Source: an uncultured Acidobacteriota bacterium (GTDB lineage: Bacteria; Acidobacteriota; Vicinamibacteria; Fen-336). From it: a stretch of 64,000 bases of DNA. This document shows, piece by piece, positions 35,703-45,429 of this stretch. The translations under genes and the position numbers were made by a program. Each line of letters starts with the position of its first letter. Within the stretch, counting starts at the first letter, position 1. The notes below the pieces were generated by a model. That model worked only from the letters and a program-made list of their open reading frames with translations, searched no databases and was not told where the DNA came from. The DNA lies in assembly GCA_963831755.1 (NCBI GenBank), contig CAWHRC010000009.1, positions 793,241-857,240 of the forward strand, written 5' to 3'.

Positions 35703-38700
35703 GCGGACAGCGCAAGCCGCCCGTCCGGCCCGCCGACGAGGAGGCGCGCGAGCGCGCGCGGCGCGACCACGGGACGACCCTCGTCATCGAGGCGGGCGCG
35801 GGCACCGGCAAGACGACGCTGCTCGTCGAGCGCATCCTCGCGATCGTGCGCTCGGGCCGGGCCCGCCTCGACCAGATCGCCGCCGTCACGTTCACCGAGA
35901 ACGCGGCCGTCACGATGAAGCTGCGGCTGCGCGAGCGGCTGGAGCGGACGCGCTCCGAGACTGGCCTGCCCGCCGCGGAGCGCGAGCGCGCGTCCCTTGC
36001 GCTCGACACGCTGGAGCGGGCGAGCGTCACCACGATCCACGCCCTGTGCGCGCAGCTGCTCCAGGAACGGCCGCTCGAGTGCGGCGTCCTGCCCGGCTTC
36101 CGCACGGCGGACGAGGCGCAGGCCGACGCGCTGTTCGCCGAGGCCTGGGAGGAGTGGCTCGGCGAGCGGCTCGGCGGCGGCGACGACGTGTTGCTCGACG
36201 CCCTCGACCGCGGGATCCCGCTCGAGGGCGAGGGCCCGTGGGGCGAGCGGACGTCGCTGCGCGGCCTCGCTCGGCGGCTGGTCGACCAGCGCGACCTCGC
36301 CCCGCTTTGCGAGGAAGCGTCGTTCGACCCGGTGTCGGTCCGGCGCGAGCTCGCCCTGAAGGGCGCGCGGGCCCGCGCGCTCGTCGCCGGGGTGAAGCAG
36401 GGCGACGCGCTGGCTGCGCGGCTCGAGCGCTTCGCCGACCACGCCGAGGCGGCGCAGTTCCTCGACGGGCACGCGCTCGTCGCGCACCTGCTGGCGCTCG
36501 AGCCTGTACCGTCGAGCTTCGGCTTCAAGCCGCACTGGCCCTCGCCCGAGGCCCTCGTCGAGGGTCGCGCGATCGCTGCCTGGACGAAGGAAGCGCGCGC
36601 GGCGTGGGCCTCCGCGGAGGGGGCAGACCTGCACGCCCGGCTGGTGCGGGCGCTGCGCGGTGTCGTCGTGATCTACGAGCGCAAGAAGACCGAGCGCGGG
36701 GTGCTCGACTTCCTCGACCTCCTGCTGAAGGCCCGGGACGCGCTGCGCGACCAGCGGGGCGTCCGCGCCTACTTCCAGGCACGCTTCCTGCACCTGCTGA
36801 TCGACGAGTTCCAGGACACGGACCCGCTGCAGGTCGAGGTGGCGCAGCTCCTCGCCGGGGACCGGCCCGGCGCCCTCGTCGTGGTCGGCGACGCCAAGCA
36901 GTCGATATACCGCTTCCGCCGCGCCGAGGTGCGCCTGTTCCGTCAGCTCGTGGCCCACGCCGGCGAGGGCGGCAAGGGCGCCGTGCTGCACCTCGTCCAG
37001 AGCTTCCGCTCCCGGCCGTCCATCCTGCGCTTCGTGAACAGGGTCTTCGCGGAGCTGGTGCAGGAGTCGGACGAGTCCGACCAGCCGCCGTACGAGCCGA
37101 TCGTGCCGCCCCCGGCTCTCGAAGACGACGAGCCGGGGGTCGTCGCCCTGCGCTTCCCGGCCCCGCCGAACGCGAGCGGGACGGACCTGCTCGCAGCCGA
37201 GGCGGCCGGCCTCGCCGCTTTCCTCGCCGAGATCAGGGACGGCGGCGAGAGGGTTCGCGATCCCGCGACGGGCGAGGCGCGCGCGAGCCGCGCCGGGGAC
37301 GTGCTCGTCCTCGCGCGCCGGCTCACGAAGGTCACGGCGCTCGAGGAGGCGCTCGAGGCGGCCGGCGTGCGCTTCACGGTCGAGGGCGGCAAGTCCTTCT
37401 TCGACCGACAGGAGGTCCACGAGACGCTCGCGGTGCTGCACGCGATCGACGACCCTTCCGACCGCGTCGCGCTCGTGGCCGCGCTGCGCTCGTCCTTCTT
37501 CGGCGTGAGCGACCGCGACATCGCTGCCTACACGCTGTCCGGCCCGCCGCCGTGGGCCGGGCCCATCGACCGCGACCGGCCGGGCGCCTCGGCGATGGCC
37601 GACGCGCGCGCGCTGCTCGACGCCCTGCGCGACGTGCGCCGCCACGCGAGCGTGCCCGCGGTCCTCGAGCGGCTGTACGACGAGACGCGCGTCCTCGCCG
37701 CGCTCACGGGCTCGCGCCGCGGCGAGGCGCAGATCGCGAACCTGGAGAAGATCGCCGCGCTCGCCCGCGAGGCCTCGGCCCTGGGCGCCCTCACGCTGCG
37801 CGGCTTCACGCGGCTGCTCGAGGACCGCGTGGCGAACGCACGCGAGGAGCCCGACCTGCCCTCGACGCGGCCGGGCGACCCCGAGACCGTCCGCATCCTC
37901 TCGATCCACAAGGCGAAGGGGCTCGAGGCGCCGATCGTCGCCCTCTTCGACGCGGACGACGAGGCCCGGCCCTCGGTCGACACCGTGCCGCTGTGGAGCG
38001 AGCACCGCATCGCGATCGGCTTCCGCGGGGGCTGCCAGCCCGCGGGCTGGGACGCGCTCGTGCGGCAGGAGGAGAAGAAGGCCCGCGCCGAGACGAGGCG
38101 CCTGCTGTACGTCGCCTGCACTCGCGCACGCGACCGGCTGGTCATCCCGCGGCCGCCGGCCGACGCCGACACGGGCGGCTTCTGGAAGGAGCTGGTGTCG
38201 CGCCTGCCCGCGACCGACGACGCGGACGTGCGCACGGTCGACGCGGGCGCGATCCCGGCGCCGGCGGTCCCCGGCCGCGGCCGCGAGCTGTGGGCGCTGG
38301 CGAGCGCCGACGGCCCGGACGTGGTGGCGGCGCGCTGGGAGACGGAGCGCCGCGAGCTGGTCGCCCGCGCCGCCGAGCGGCCGTACGTGCCGGTGGCGGC
38401 GACGAGGCTCGCGGCGGCCGAGACGCCGTCGGCCGTCCCGCCGGGGACCGGGGCCGGGCGGGATTTCGGCCGCCTCGTCCACAAGCTGCTCGAGCTCGTC
38501 CCGCTCGACACGTCCGTGGAGAGCCGCCCGGCGCGCCTGCTGGCGATGGCCGAGGCGCTGGCGCCCTCGTACACCCTCGACCCGGCCGCCGCCGCGGACG
38601 CTGCGGCGCAGGTCGCGCGGGCGCTCGCCCTGCCGCTGTTCGAGCGGGCGCGGCGGGCCGGGCGCGCGTGGCGCGAGCTGCGCGTGTGGTTCCCCGAAGC

Positions 38701-38929
38701 CGAGTACCTGGTCGAGGGCATGGTCGACCTCGCCTTCGAGGAGGAGGCTCAGCTCGTCGTGGTGGACTACAAGACGGACGCGATCACGGAGGAGCAGGCC
38801 GTCGCCCAGGCCGACCACCACGCGCGCCAGCTGCAGCTCTACGGCCGCGGCCTGGCACAGGCGCTGGGCCTGCCGGTGCGCGAGCGGCTGCTGCTGTTCA
38901 CGGCGATCGGCAGGACCGTGCCCGTGTGA
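35699..38929 (+). CDS. addA: UvrD/Rep-family helicase with C-terminal PD-(D/E)XK nuclease (AddA-type)
   Basis: Walker A AGAGTGKTT, LLIDEFQDTDPLQ, VGDAKQSIYRFRRA, SIHKAKGLE and YVACTRARDRL are present, plus the C-terminal nuclease GMVDLAFEEEAQLVVVDYKTD. Confidence 0.85.
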   Translation: MSGQRKPPVRPADEEARERARRDHGTTLVIEAGAGTGKTTLLVERILAIVRSGRARLDQIAAVTFTENAAVTMKLRLRERLERTRSETGLPAAERERASLALDTLERASVTTIHALCAQLLQERPLECGVLPGFRTADEAQADALFAEAWEEWLGERLGGGDDVLLDALDRGIPLEGEGPWGERTSLRGLARRLVDQRDLAPLCEEASFDPVSVRRELALKGARARALVAGVKQGDALAARLERFADHAEAAQFLDGHALVAHLLALEPVPSSFGFKPHWPSPEALVEGRAIAAWTKEARAAWASAEGADLHARLVRALRGVVVIYERKKTERGVLDFLDLLLKARDALRDQRGVRAYFQARFLHLLIDEFQDTDPLQVEVAQLLAGDRPGALVVVGDAKQSIYRFRRAEVRLFRQLVAHAGEGGKGAVLHLVQSFRSRPSILRFVNRVFAELVQESDESDQPPYEPIVPPPALEDDEPGVVALRFPAPPNASGTDLLAAEAAGLAAFLAEIRDGGERVRDPATGEARASRAGDVLVLARRLTKVTALEEALEAAGVRFTVEGGKSFFDRQEVHETLAVLHAIDDPSDRVALVAALRSSFFGVSDRDIAAYTLSGPPPWAGPIDRDRPGASAMADARALLDALRDVRRHASVPAVLERLYDETRVLAALTGSRRGEAQIANLEKIAALAREASALGALTLRGFTRLLEDRVANAREEPDLPSTRPGDPETVRILSIHKAKGLEAPIVALFDADDEARPSVDTVPLWSEHRIAIGFRGGCQPAGWDALVRQEEKKARAETRRLLYVACTRARDRLVIPRPPADADTGGFWKELVSRLPATDDADVRTVDAGAIPAPAVPGRGRELWALASADGPDVVAARWETERRELVARAAERPYVPVAATRLAAAETPSAVPPGTGAGRDFGRLVHKLLELVPLDTSVESRPARLLAMAEALAPSYTLDPAAAADAAAQVARALALPLFERARRAGRAWRELRVWFPEAEYLVEGMVDLAFEEEAQLVVVDYKTDAITEEQAVAQADHHARQLQLYGRGLAQALGLPVRERLLLFTAIGRTVPV

Positions 38930-38943
38930 GAGCGCGAGGCAAA

Positions 38944-38970
38944 CCCGGCGCCGCGCACCGCGGGGCCGGG
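38944..38970 (+). terminator. GC hairpin after addA
   Basis: CCCGGC-g-CCGCG-cac-CGCGG-g-GCCGGG, 15 nt after the addA stop. No U-tract. Confidence 0.4.
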
Positions 38971-38983
38971 CGCGCACCTGGCC

Positions 38984-39011
38984 TTGACTTGCCGGACAGG
39001 ATGGCTAGGAT
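38984..39011 (+). promoter_or_regulatory. sigma-70-type promoter
   Basis: TTGACT-16 nt-TAGGAT, 18 nt upstream of ATG 39030 with GGAGG in between. Confidence 0.5.
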
Positions 39012-39029
39012 CCGCGGACCGGAGGCGTC

Positions 39030-39827
39030 ATGAGATCTCGCGGGCTCGTCGTGTTCACCCTGGCCATCGCCGCCGCGGCGCCGGCTCGTGCCGAGAAGAT
39101 CCCGCCCGAGCTCCGCTCGGCGTTCGAGGCCAGGATCCACAAGGGCTGCTACGCCGTGGTGGTCCAGAAGGGGGTGCCGACCACGTCGATCTACGGCACC
39201 AAGGGCGACCAGACGAACGCCTACTACTCGGTGGACGTCAAGGGCGGCGAGTGGCAGACCTCCGAGGGCTGGCTGGACCTCAACCAGGTCGCCGTCGACA
39301 GCCTCGCCCAGGGCGAGGTGATGGAGGTCGTCGACGTCACCTTCAAGGACGCGCGGATCGACCTGCGCATGGCCTCGCTCGAGGCGCACAAGGTGACGCG
39401 CGGGACGGGCTTCGCCACGAGCACGAAGCGCGAGCCGGTGTCGACGAACTTCAAGTTCTTCTTCCCCTTCACGCCCCGCAGCGCGCAGGACCTGCCTCAG
39501 GTCCTCGCCTACGTCGAGCCGTGGCTGCGCGTGTTCCCTTCCGAGCCGGCGGCGCGCGCCGCCGCGGCCCAGCTGATCGCCGGCGGCGAGCCGACCGCCG
39601 ATCGCGCGGCTGCGCCCGCCCGGGGGGCCGCGCCGGCCCGCGCGGCCGCCGCCGCTCCCGCCGCGACCACCAGGAAGGAGATCAAGCCGGGGATGAGCAT
39701 GCTCGAGGTGATCGACCTGCTCGGCAAGCCGCAGAAGGAGGTCTCGTTCGAGACCCGCACCCGCTGGACATACCCCGACCTGACGGTCGTGTTCGTGAAC
39801 GGCCGCGTGAAGGAGGTACAGTTCTAG
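39030..39827 (+). CDS. secreted protein with a C-terminal BamE/SmpA_OmlA-like domain
   Basis: Signal peptide, an Ala/Pro linker, and the C-terminal IKPGMSMLEVIDLLGKPQKEVSFETRTRWTYPDLTVVFVNGRVKEVQF. Confidence 0.6.
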   Translation: MRSRGLVVFTLAIAAAAPARAEKIPPELRSAFEARIHKGCYAVVVQKGVPTTSIYGTKGDQTNAYYSVDVKGGEWQTSEGWLDLNQVAVDSLAQGEVMEVVDVTFKDARIDLRMASLEAHKVTRGTGFATSTKREPVSTNFKFFFPFTPRSAQDLPQVLAYVEPWLRVFPSEPAARAAAAQLIAGGEPTADRAAAPARGAAPARAAAAAPAATTRKEIKPGMSMLEVIDLLGKPQKEVSFETRTRWTYPDLTVVFVNGRVKEVQF

Positions 39828-39900
39828 GCGCCGTGTTACCCTAGTCCGTGAGCCGCGCGGGCCATCCCGGTCCCTCCACGCTCCCAAGGAGGTACCGACG

Positions 39901-40266
39901 ATGGAAGCGAACCCTCTCGGCCCCAGGCTGCACGCGCCGGTGCCGCCTGTGCGGGCGGCCTCGATCCGCTACCTGGGCTTCAAGGCGACGGTCGACGGCC
40001 GCGCCTACACGCTGTGCGTGGACGGGGGCGTCGCGCCGCGCGTGGTGACGATCACGATCCCGCAGGCGGCCTTCGACTCGAAGCTGGCCCGCTTCCAGGA
40101 CGCACCGGACATCTGCTTCACGAAGCTGCAGCGCGAGCTGGCTGCCAACACCGACCTGCCCGACGGAGTGAAGCTGCTCGTGAGCACCACCGAGATCGAC
40201 GACTATCGCGACGGGCAGAGCCGCAGGGTGCCCGAGCGCAAGCGGCGCCAGCGGCCGCCCGCCTGA
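39901..40266 (+). CDS. hypothetical protein
   Basis: AAGGAGG lies 7 nt before the ATG. 121 aa with a basic tail and no named motif. Confidence 0.55.
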   Translation: MEANPLGPRLHAPVPPVRAASIRYLGFKATVDGRAYTLCVDGGVAPRVVTITIPQAAFDSKLARFQDAPDICFTKLQRELAANTDLPDGVKLLVSTTEIDDYRDGQSRRVPERKRRQRPPA

Positions 40267-40318
40267 GCTCGCGCGCGCGGTCCTGCCGCGGCGGGAGCGC
40301 GTGCTAGAGTCCGACGAG

Positions 40319-41254
40319 ATGGGCGCGCCCTTCTCCTGGTCGGCCTCGCGTCACGACAGCTTCGCGAGCTGCCGGCGCCGCTACTACTACTCCTACTACG
40401 CCGCGCTCGAGGACCCGGAGATCCAGCGGCTGAAGCGGCTCTCCGCGCTGCCGCTGTGGGCGGGCAGCGTCGTCCACGACACGATCGAGCGCTTCCTGAG
40501 GTCGAACGACGCCCTGCCCGCGCCGGAAGCGCAGGAGGCGCTCGTGCGCGCGACCGTGCACACGGGCATGCTCGGCGACTGGCGCGAGAGCGAGAACGGC
40601 TCGCCGCGCTTCAGGCTGTTCGAGCACGAGTACGAGATCCCGGTCGAGCAGGAGGACAAGCGGATCGCGGTCACGATCGTGATGCGCTCGCTGCGCCACT
40701 TCTTCCGCAGCGAGACCCTGGCGCGAGCGCTCGCCGCCGGCCGCGAGCGCTGGCTGGCGCTCGAGGACCTCGTCTCCTTCCACGTGGGCGGGACCGAGGT
40801 GTTCCTGCGCATGGACCTCGCCTACCGCGAGCCGGACGGGCGGGTCGTGATCGTCGACTGGAAGACGGGCCGCGCGGAGGGTCGCTTCAACGAGGTGCAG
40901 GTCGCTGGCTACGCCCTCTATGCCGTCGAGCAGGGCTGGGTCGAGGAGCCGGAACAGATCACCACCGAGCTCAACTACCTCGTGCTGCCGAAGGCCGTGC
41001 GCCGCGGGGTGACGCGGCGCAAGCTCGAGGACGCGCGGCGCTTCGTCGAGCGCAGCGCCTCGAGCATGAAGGCGCTGCTCGTCGACCCGCTCGAGAACCA
41101 GGCACGCGAGCAGGACTTCCCGCGCGTGGACCGCCCGCAGGTCTGCAGGCGCTGCAACTTCCGCCGGCTGTGCTTTCCGCGCGCCGGCGAGGGGCCGCGA
41201 CCGGACACACGCCCGCCCGACGGCCTGACCGCCGCCAGCCAGGGCGCGGCGTGA
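40319..41254 (+). CDS. stand-alone Cas4/RecB-like PD-(D/E)XK nuclease with Fe-S cysteines
   Basis: An N-terminal Cys (SFASCRRRYYYSYY), the core MDLAY...GRVVIVDWKTG...QVAGYALY, and the C-terminal CRRCNFRRLC. The start is ATG 40319 (TAGAGT ends 8 nt upstream) or GTG 40301. Confidence 0.7.
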   Translation: MGAPFSWSASRHDSFASCRRRYYYSYYAALEDPEIQRLKRLSALPLWAGSVVHDTIERFLRSNDALPAPEAQEALVRATVHTGMLGDWRESENGSPRFRLFEHEYEIPVEQEDKRIAVTIVMRSLRHFFRSETLARALAAGRERWLALEDLVSFHVGGTEVFLRMDLAYREPDGRVVIVDWKTGRAEGRFNEVQVAGYALYAVEQGWVEEPEQITTELNYLVLPKAVRRGVTRRKLEDARRFVERSASSMKALLVDPLENQAREQDFPRVDRPQVCRRCNFRRLCFPRAGEGPRPDTRPPDGLTAASQGAA

Positions 41255-41296
41255 GGCGCCGCGAGCGCGGCGGCCGGGCCGCCGTCGCGCGGCGCC
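41255..41296. terminator. long GC hairpin between convergent genes
   Basis: GGCGCCGCG...CGGCGG-ccggg-CCGCCG...CGCGGCGCC, immediately after the stop at 41254. Confidence 0.4.
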
Positions 41297-41321
41297 TGGC
41301 CGCCCGCTGGCCCTTCACCCG

Positions 41322-42068
41322 CTAGACCTTCAGGTGCTTCGCCAGGAACGCCGTCGAGCGCGCCCAGGCGTCCTCGGCCGCCTCCTTGCGGTAGCCGCCC
41401 CAGGGGTTGTTGACGTTCGCGAACGCGTGGCCGGCGCCAGGATAGATCTTGACGTCGATCGCCTTGCCCGCCTTCCTCATCGCCTGCTCGAACGCCTTGA
41501 CCTGGTCCGGCGCGGGCCCCTTGTCCTCGCCCCCGTAGTTGCCCAGCACCGGGGCCTTGATCGCGGCGATCGCCGCCGGGTCGGTGGGCGGCGCGCCGTA
41601 GTAGGCGACGTCGGCGGCGAGCGTCGGCTCCACGGTGGCCAGCAGCAGCGAGTAGCGGCCGCCCATGCACCAGCCGATCGCGCCGATGCGCGCCTTCTTC
41701 ACGTCCGGCCGTGACTGCAGGAAGGCGTAGGCCCCCTGCAGGTCGCGCACGGCGCGGTCCTGCGACAGGCCCATCATCAGCTGGTGCGCCTCCTCCTGCT
41801 TGTCGGTCGACTTCCCGCGGTAGAGGTCGACGGCCAGCGCGACGTAGCCTTCCTTCGCGAGCGCGCGGGCCTGCTGCTTCACCCAGTCGTTGAGGCCCCA
41901 CCACTCCTGGATCACGATCACCGCCGGGAACGGGCCCTTGCCCTCCGGTGTCACCAGCACGCCCATGCCCTGCTCGGCGCCGCTCTTGAACGTCACCGCC
42001 TGCTCGGCGGCGGGCGACGCGGAGGCGGCCAGCAGCGCGGCCGCGGCCCAAACCCACACCCTCTTCAT
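41322..42068 (-). CDS. dienelactone hydrolase family protein, secreted
   Basis: AAGGAGG precedes ATG 42068, followed by a signal peptide. PAVIVIQEWWGLNDW, the nucleophile elbow GWCMGG, and GAGHAF are present. Confidence 0.85.
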   Translation of the reverse strand: MKRVWVWAAAALLAASASPAAEQAVTFKSGAEQGMGVLVTPEGKGPFPAVIVIQEWWGLNDWVKQQARALAKEGYVALAVDLYRGKSTDKQEEAHQLMMGLSQDRAVRDLQGAYAFLQSRPDVKKARIGAIGWCMGGRYSLLLATVEPTLAADVAYYGAPPTDPAAIAAIKAPVLGNYGGEDKGPAPDQVKAFEQAMRKAGKAIDVKIYPGAGHAFANVNNPWGGYRKEAAEDAWARSTAFLAKHLKV

Positions 42069-42086
42069 CCCATCCTCCTTCGGGCG

Positions 42087-42132
42087 GGTCTCCCCGGCCG
42101 GACGTCGAGACGCGAGACGCGTCCGGGAGACC
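42087..42132 (-). terminator. hairpin downstream of ccsA
   Basis: GGTCTCCC..GGACG-loop-CGTCC-GGGAGACC. Confidence 0.35.
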
Positions 42133-42204
42133 GCTGCCGTTGATCTGCGAGGCTTTCCAGCAGGTTCGCACGGCGGGCGGGCGGATGGCAACCCGCCGCG
42201 CCGA

Positions 42205-43875
42205 TCAGTGCGCGGGCACAGGCGTTGCCCCCGCCGGGGGTGCGAGCTTCTGCAGCTCGAAGCGGCGGCGGAGCAGCGCCGCCACGATCACGAGCATCTC
42301 GAAGGCCACGAAGCCACCGACGTACCAGTAGCCGCCGGAGCCGAAGCCGTACGAGTGCAGGCCCGTGCCCAGCACGAAGTTGACGCCGTACCAGGCCATC
42401 AGCACCAGCAGGTAGCCGAGCAGCGAGCCGACGGCCATGCCGAAGTCCTTGATCCAGCCGACCATGCGCGCGTGGAGGATCGCCAGGTAGCCGAGCGTCG
42501 CGATCAGCGCCCATGTCTCCTTGGGGTCCCAGCCCCAAAAGCGGCCCCAGGAGTACGAGGCCCAGACCCCGCCCAGCAGCGTGCCGACCGCGAGGCAGAG
42601 CGTGCCCACCTGCAGCGCACGGTAGAGGTAGAGGGAGAGCGACTTCAGCAGCGAGGCCCTGCCGGGGGCGAAGAAGTACAGGCCCAGGTTGAGGTGGCCC
42701 ATGCCCATCGCCAGCGTGAAGGCGGCGTAGCCGAGCATGATCGTCAGCACGTGGACCGTCAGCCACATGTTGTCGCGCAGCACTGGCACGAGCGGCGCGA
42801 TCGAGGAGTCGAAGATCGGCACGTTGTCGGCGATCAGCAGGCAGATCGTGGCGAGCGCGGCGGCGGTGGCGCCGAAGAAGCGCACCTTGTAGATGGCCTC
42901 GAACACGAGCGCGAAGAGGACGGCGCCCCAGGAGACGAAGATGATCGTCTCGTACATGTTCGTGACCGGCGGCCGGCCGGAGATCAGGATCCGCAGCAGC
43001 ATGCCGTAGGAGGTGGTCAGGAACGCGCTCGCGACCAGCGCGAAGCCGGCGATCGTGAAGCCGCGCGAGGCGAGCGGGAAGCTCGACAGCAGCGCGAGGA
43101 ACCCGAGCAGGTAGAGCATCCAGGCCAGGCGGTAGGGCTTGAGCGAGTTGTAGTGGATCTCGAGCGCCAGGTCCTTCTCGGCCGGGTAGACGCCGGGCGC
43201 GAGCTCGGCCAGGCGCCGGCCGAGCGCGGTCGCCGCCGTCTGCACGCCGGGCCGGTCGCCGTCGCTGTAGGCGACCAGCAGCGCGCCGACGAGCGCGCGC
43301 AGGCGCTGTACCTGCGGCACGTCGGTCGAGCGCAGGTCGGCCACCGACCACCAGGCGGCTCTCGGGTCGCCGGGGTGCGGGATGACGTGCAGCGACTCGC
43401 CGGTCATCACGCCGTTGAGTGTCGACAGCGTGTCGAACAGGTCCGCCACCTCGCGATCGACGGGGTCGAGGTCCTCGCCCTTCTCGCTCTTGGCCTGCAC
43501 CTTGCCCATCGCGTCGCGGAAGCCCTGGTGGTCCGCCAGCTCGGCCAGGCTGAAGCGGTCGCGCCCGTCGGGCAGGCCGGCCGCCTGGCGCAGGCCAGCG
43601 TGGGTCACCTTGATGATCGGCTCGGCGCGCCACTTCTCGGGCGCCGCCATCATGGCCAGCAGCCACTCCGTCGGCTCGAGGCCCTCGATGCGCTCGAGGC
43701 CGAACGCGCGCGCCCCCTGCACCCGCTTGGCGAGGTCGCGGGCGAAGCTGTCCAGCGGCTTCACGCGGCCGCCGTCCTGGATGGCGATCCGCCGGAGCGG
43801 CTCGATCTCAGGCCCCGCGAGGAGCGGGGTCGGCAGCAGGGCCAGCAGGCACAGCGTCAGCAGGCTTCGCATCAT
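42205..43875 (-). CDS. ccsA: cytochrome c biogenesis protein CcsA/ResC (System II)
   Basis: The Trp-rich heme-handling motif WGRFWGWDPKETWAL plus conserved His residues. ATG 43875 is preceded by GGGAGA; the track start is 43893. Confidence 0.85.
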   Translation of the reverse strand: MMRSLLTLCLLALLPTPLLAGPEIEPLRRIAIQDGGRVKPLDSFARDLAKRVQGARAFGLERIEGLEPTEWLLAMMAAPEKWRAEPIIKVTHAGLRQAAGLPDGRDRFSLAELADHQGFRDAMGKVQAKSEKGEDLDPVDREVADLFDTLSTLNGVMTGESLHVIPHPGDPRAAWWSVADLRSTDVPQVQRLRALVGALLVAYSDGDRPGVQTAATALGRRLAELAPGVYPAEKDLALEIHYNSLKPYRLAWMLYLLGFLALLSSFPLASRGFTIAGFALVASAFLTTSYGMLLRILISGRPPVTNMYETIIFVSWGAVLFALVFEAIYKVRFFGATAAALATICLLIADNVPIFDSSIAPLVPVLRDNMWLTVHVLTIMLGYAAFTLAMGMGHLNLGLYFFAPGRASLLKSLSLYLYRALQVGTLCLAVGTLLGGVWASYSWGRFWGWDPKETWALIATLGYLAILHARMVGWIKDFGMAVGSLLGYLLVLMAWYGVNFVLGTGLHSYGFGSGGYWYVGGFVAFEMLVIVAALLRRRFELQKLAPPAGATPVPAH

Positions 43876-45316
43876 TCCGATTCTCCCGTGCACGGTGGGC
43901 CGCGAGCGCCGCGGCCGCCTGGCGCTTCGCCAGGTAGGGCTTGACGTAGAACATCCAGACGATGCCGACCCCGATCAGCGTGGTGCCGAGGTAGACGAGC
44001 GGCAGCCCCGGCGCGCGGGCGACCGAGAAGATCGACATCACCGGCCGGCCTTCGACGAACGACGACTGGAAGAAGATGTAGCCCCGGTGATGCAGCGGGT
44101 GGTTCATCGAGATCAGCGTCTCGAACGTGCCCTGCTCGGGGTCATCGACCCGCACCGTGCTCTCGTAGGTGGAGGCCATGCGCGAGCCGGGGTAGCTCTC
44201 GTCGTTGAACTTCAGCAGCGTCACGCGGAACGGCAGCGCGGCCTCGGGCGCGCGGTAGCCGATCGAGGCCTGCTGGCCCAGGAAGCGCACGCTGCGCTGC
44301 TCGCCCCACAGCAGCCACTCGGGCTGGCTGCTCCCGCCCGGCCCCTCGAGGTGGACGCGCACGGCGGGCCGGCGCTTCTCCTCCTTGGCCGGAGGCTTCT
44401 CCGGCACGACGGTGCGTGCGACCGCGGCCGCCGGCAGGAAGCGATCCACGGTCACGCCGAGGGCCGGCCAGCCGGTGCGCACGGGCTGGCCCGGCGTGAC
44501 CTCCCCGGTCAGCAGCCCGCCCTGGGCGTCGCTCGCTGCGTACCGCAGCCTCGCCCCCGGCACGGCCACGAAGCTGAGGTGGTTCGCCCCCTCGGGCTGC
44601 GCGAGCAGCTGCCGGGCTTGCTCCTCGCTCGAGGCCGCGTGGAAGGCGAACGACACCATGCCGAGGTCCATTCGGCCGCGGTCGGGGTCGTCCGGCACGA
44701 GCCAGCCGTCCTGCGTCGCCATCGGGGCCTGCAGCAGGAAGTGCAGCGCGGGCGGCCCCGACTCCGCCGGCTCCCAGGACTCCGTGAGGGAGACGTGCGG
44801 CTGGTAGTCCTCGGCGACGAGCACGACGCGGGACGCCGGCACCTCGAAACGCTGCTCGCGGCCGGGCGCCGGCGGGTGCTTCTCGAAGCGCACCGGGAAG
44901 CTCCCCTGCGCTCCGAGCGCAGGCACCGACACCTGGAGGGCCTTGTCCAGCAGCGCGACGCGGTCCGAGGTCTCGCCCTCGAAGAGCGCCATGTTCGAGT
45001 CGAGCCCGCGGTAGATCGAGACGACCGACCCGACGAGCACCGCCAGGATCCCGACGTGCGCCGTCAGAAAGCCGATGTGGTGCTTCGTCCACGGGTAGCG
45101 GCTGACCATCACCGAAAAGACGTTGACGCCGAGCAGCCCGAGCAGGGCCGCGAACCAGGGAGTCTGATAGATGTCGCGCTGCACGGCCGGCGTGCCGTGC
45201 TGCATCTCGTAGAACGTGGCGAAGCCGCAGACCGAGCCGAGCGTCACCATGGTCACGACGGCGAGGCGGAGCGAGGAGAGGAAGCCGAGAAGTCGTCCGC
45301 GGGTTCTATCGACCAT
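43808..45316 (-). CDS. ccsB: cytochrome c biogenesis protein CcsB/ResB
   Basis: LSSLRLAVVTMVTLGSVCGFATF...YQTPWFAALLGLLGVNV...HIGFLTAHVGILAVLVG and the C-terminal HPLHHRGYIFFQSSF are ResB blocks. The tail overlaps the ccsA start. Confidence 0.85.
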   Translation of the reverse strand: MVDRTRGRLLGFLSSLRLAVVTMVTLGSVCGFATFYEMQHGTPAVQRDIYQTPWFAALLGLLGVNVFSVMVSRYPWTKHHIGFLTAHVGILAVLVGSVVSIYRGLDSNMALFEGETSDRVALLDKALQVSVPALGAQGSFPVRFEKHPPAPGREQRFEVPASRVVLVAEDYQPHVSLTESWEPAESGPPALHFLLQAPMATQDGWLVPDDPDRGRMDLGMVSFAFHAASSEEQARQLLAQPEGANHLSFVAVPGARLRYAASDAQGGLLTGEVTPGQPVRTGWPALGVTVDRFLPAAAVARTVVPEKPPAKEEKRRPAVRVHLEGPGGSSQPEWLLWGEQRSVRFLGQQASIGYRAPEAALPFRVTLLKFNDESYPGSRMASTYESTVRVDDPEQGTFETLISMNHPLHHRGYIFFQSSFVEGRPVMSIFSVARAPGLPLVYLGTTLIGVGIVWMFYVKPYLAKRQAAAALAAHRARENRNDAKPADAVPAGPAADPAPRGA

Positions 45317-45429
45317 GGACCACCAGAGGGAACCGACCGAACAAACATTCTAGGAGGCGCCCGACGAGAGTGTCAATGAAGCGAAACGCCTCGAAGCGCC
45401 CGATCCGCGCCGGCTGGCCCGGTGGCACA

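Noticed and set aside
32664-38977. Long minus-strand ORFs of about 1000 aa (32664..35657, 35675..38977) and alternative plus frames over addB/addA.
   Set aside because: They are low-complexity Arg/Ala/Pro/Gly translations overlapping genes that carry clear helicase and nuclease motifs. They are shadow ORFs of GC-rich DNA.
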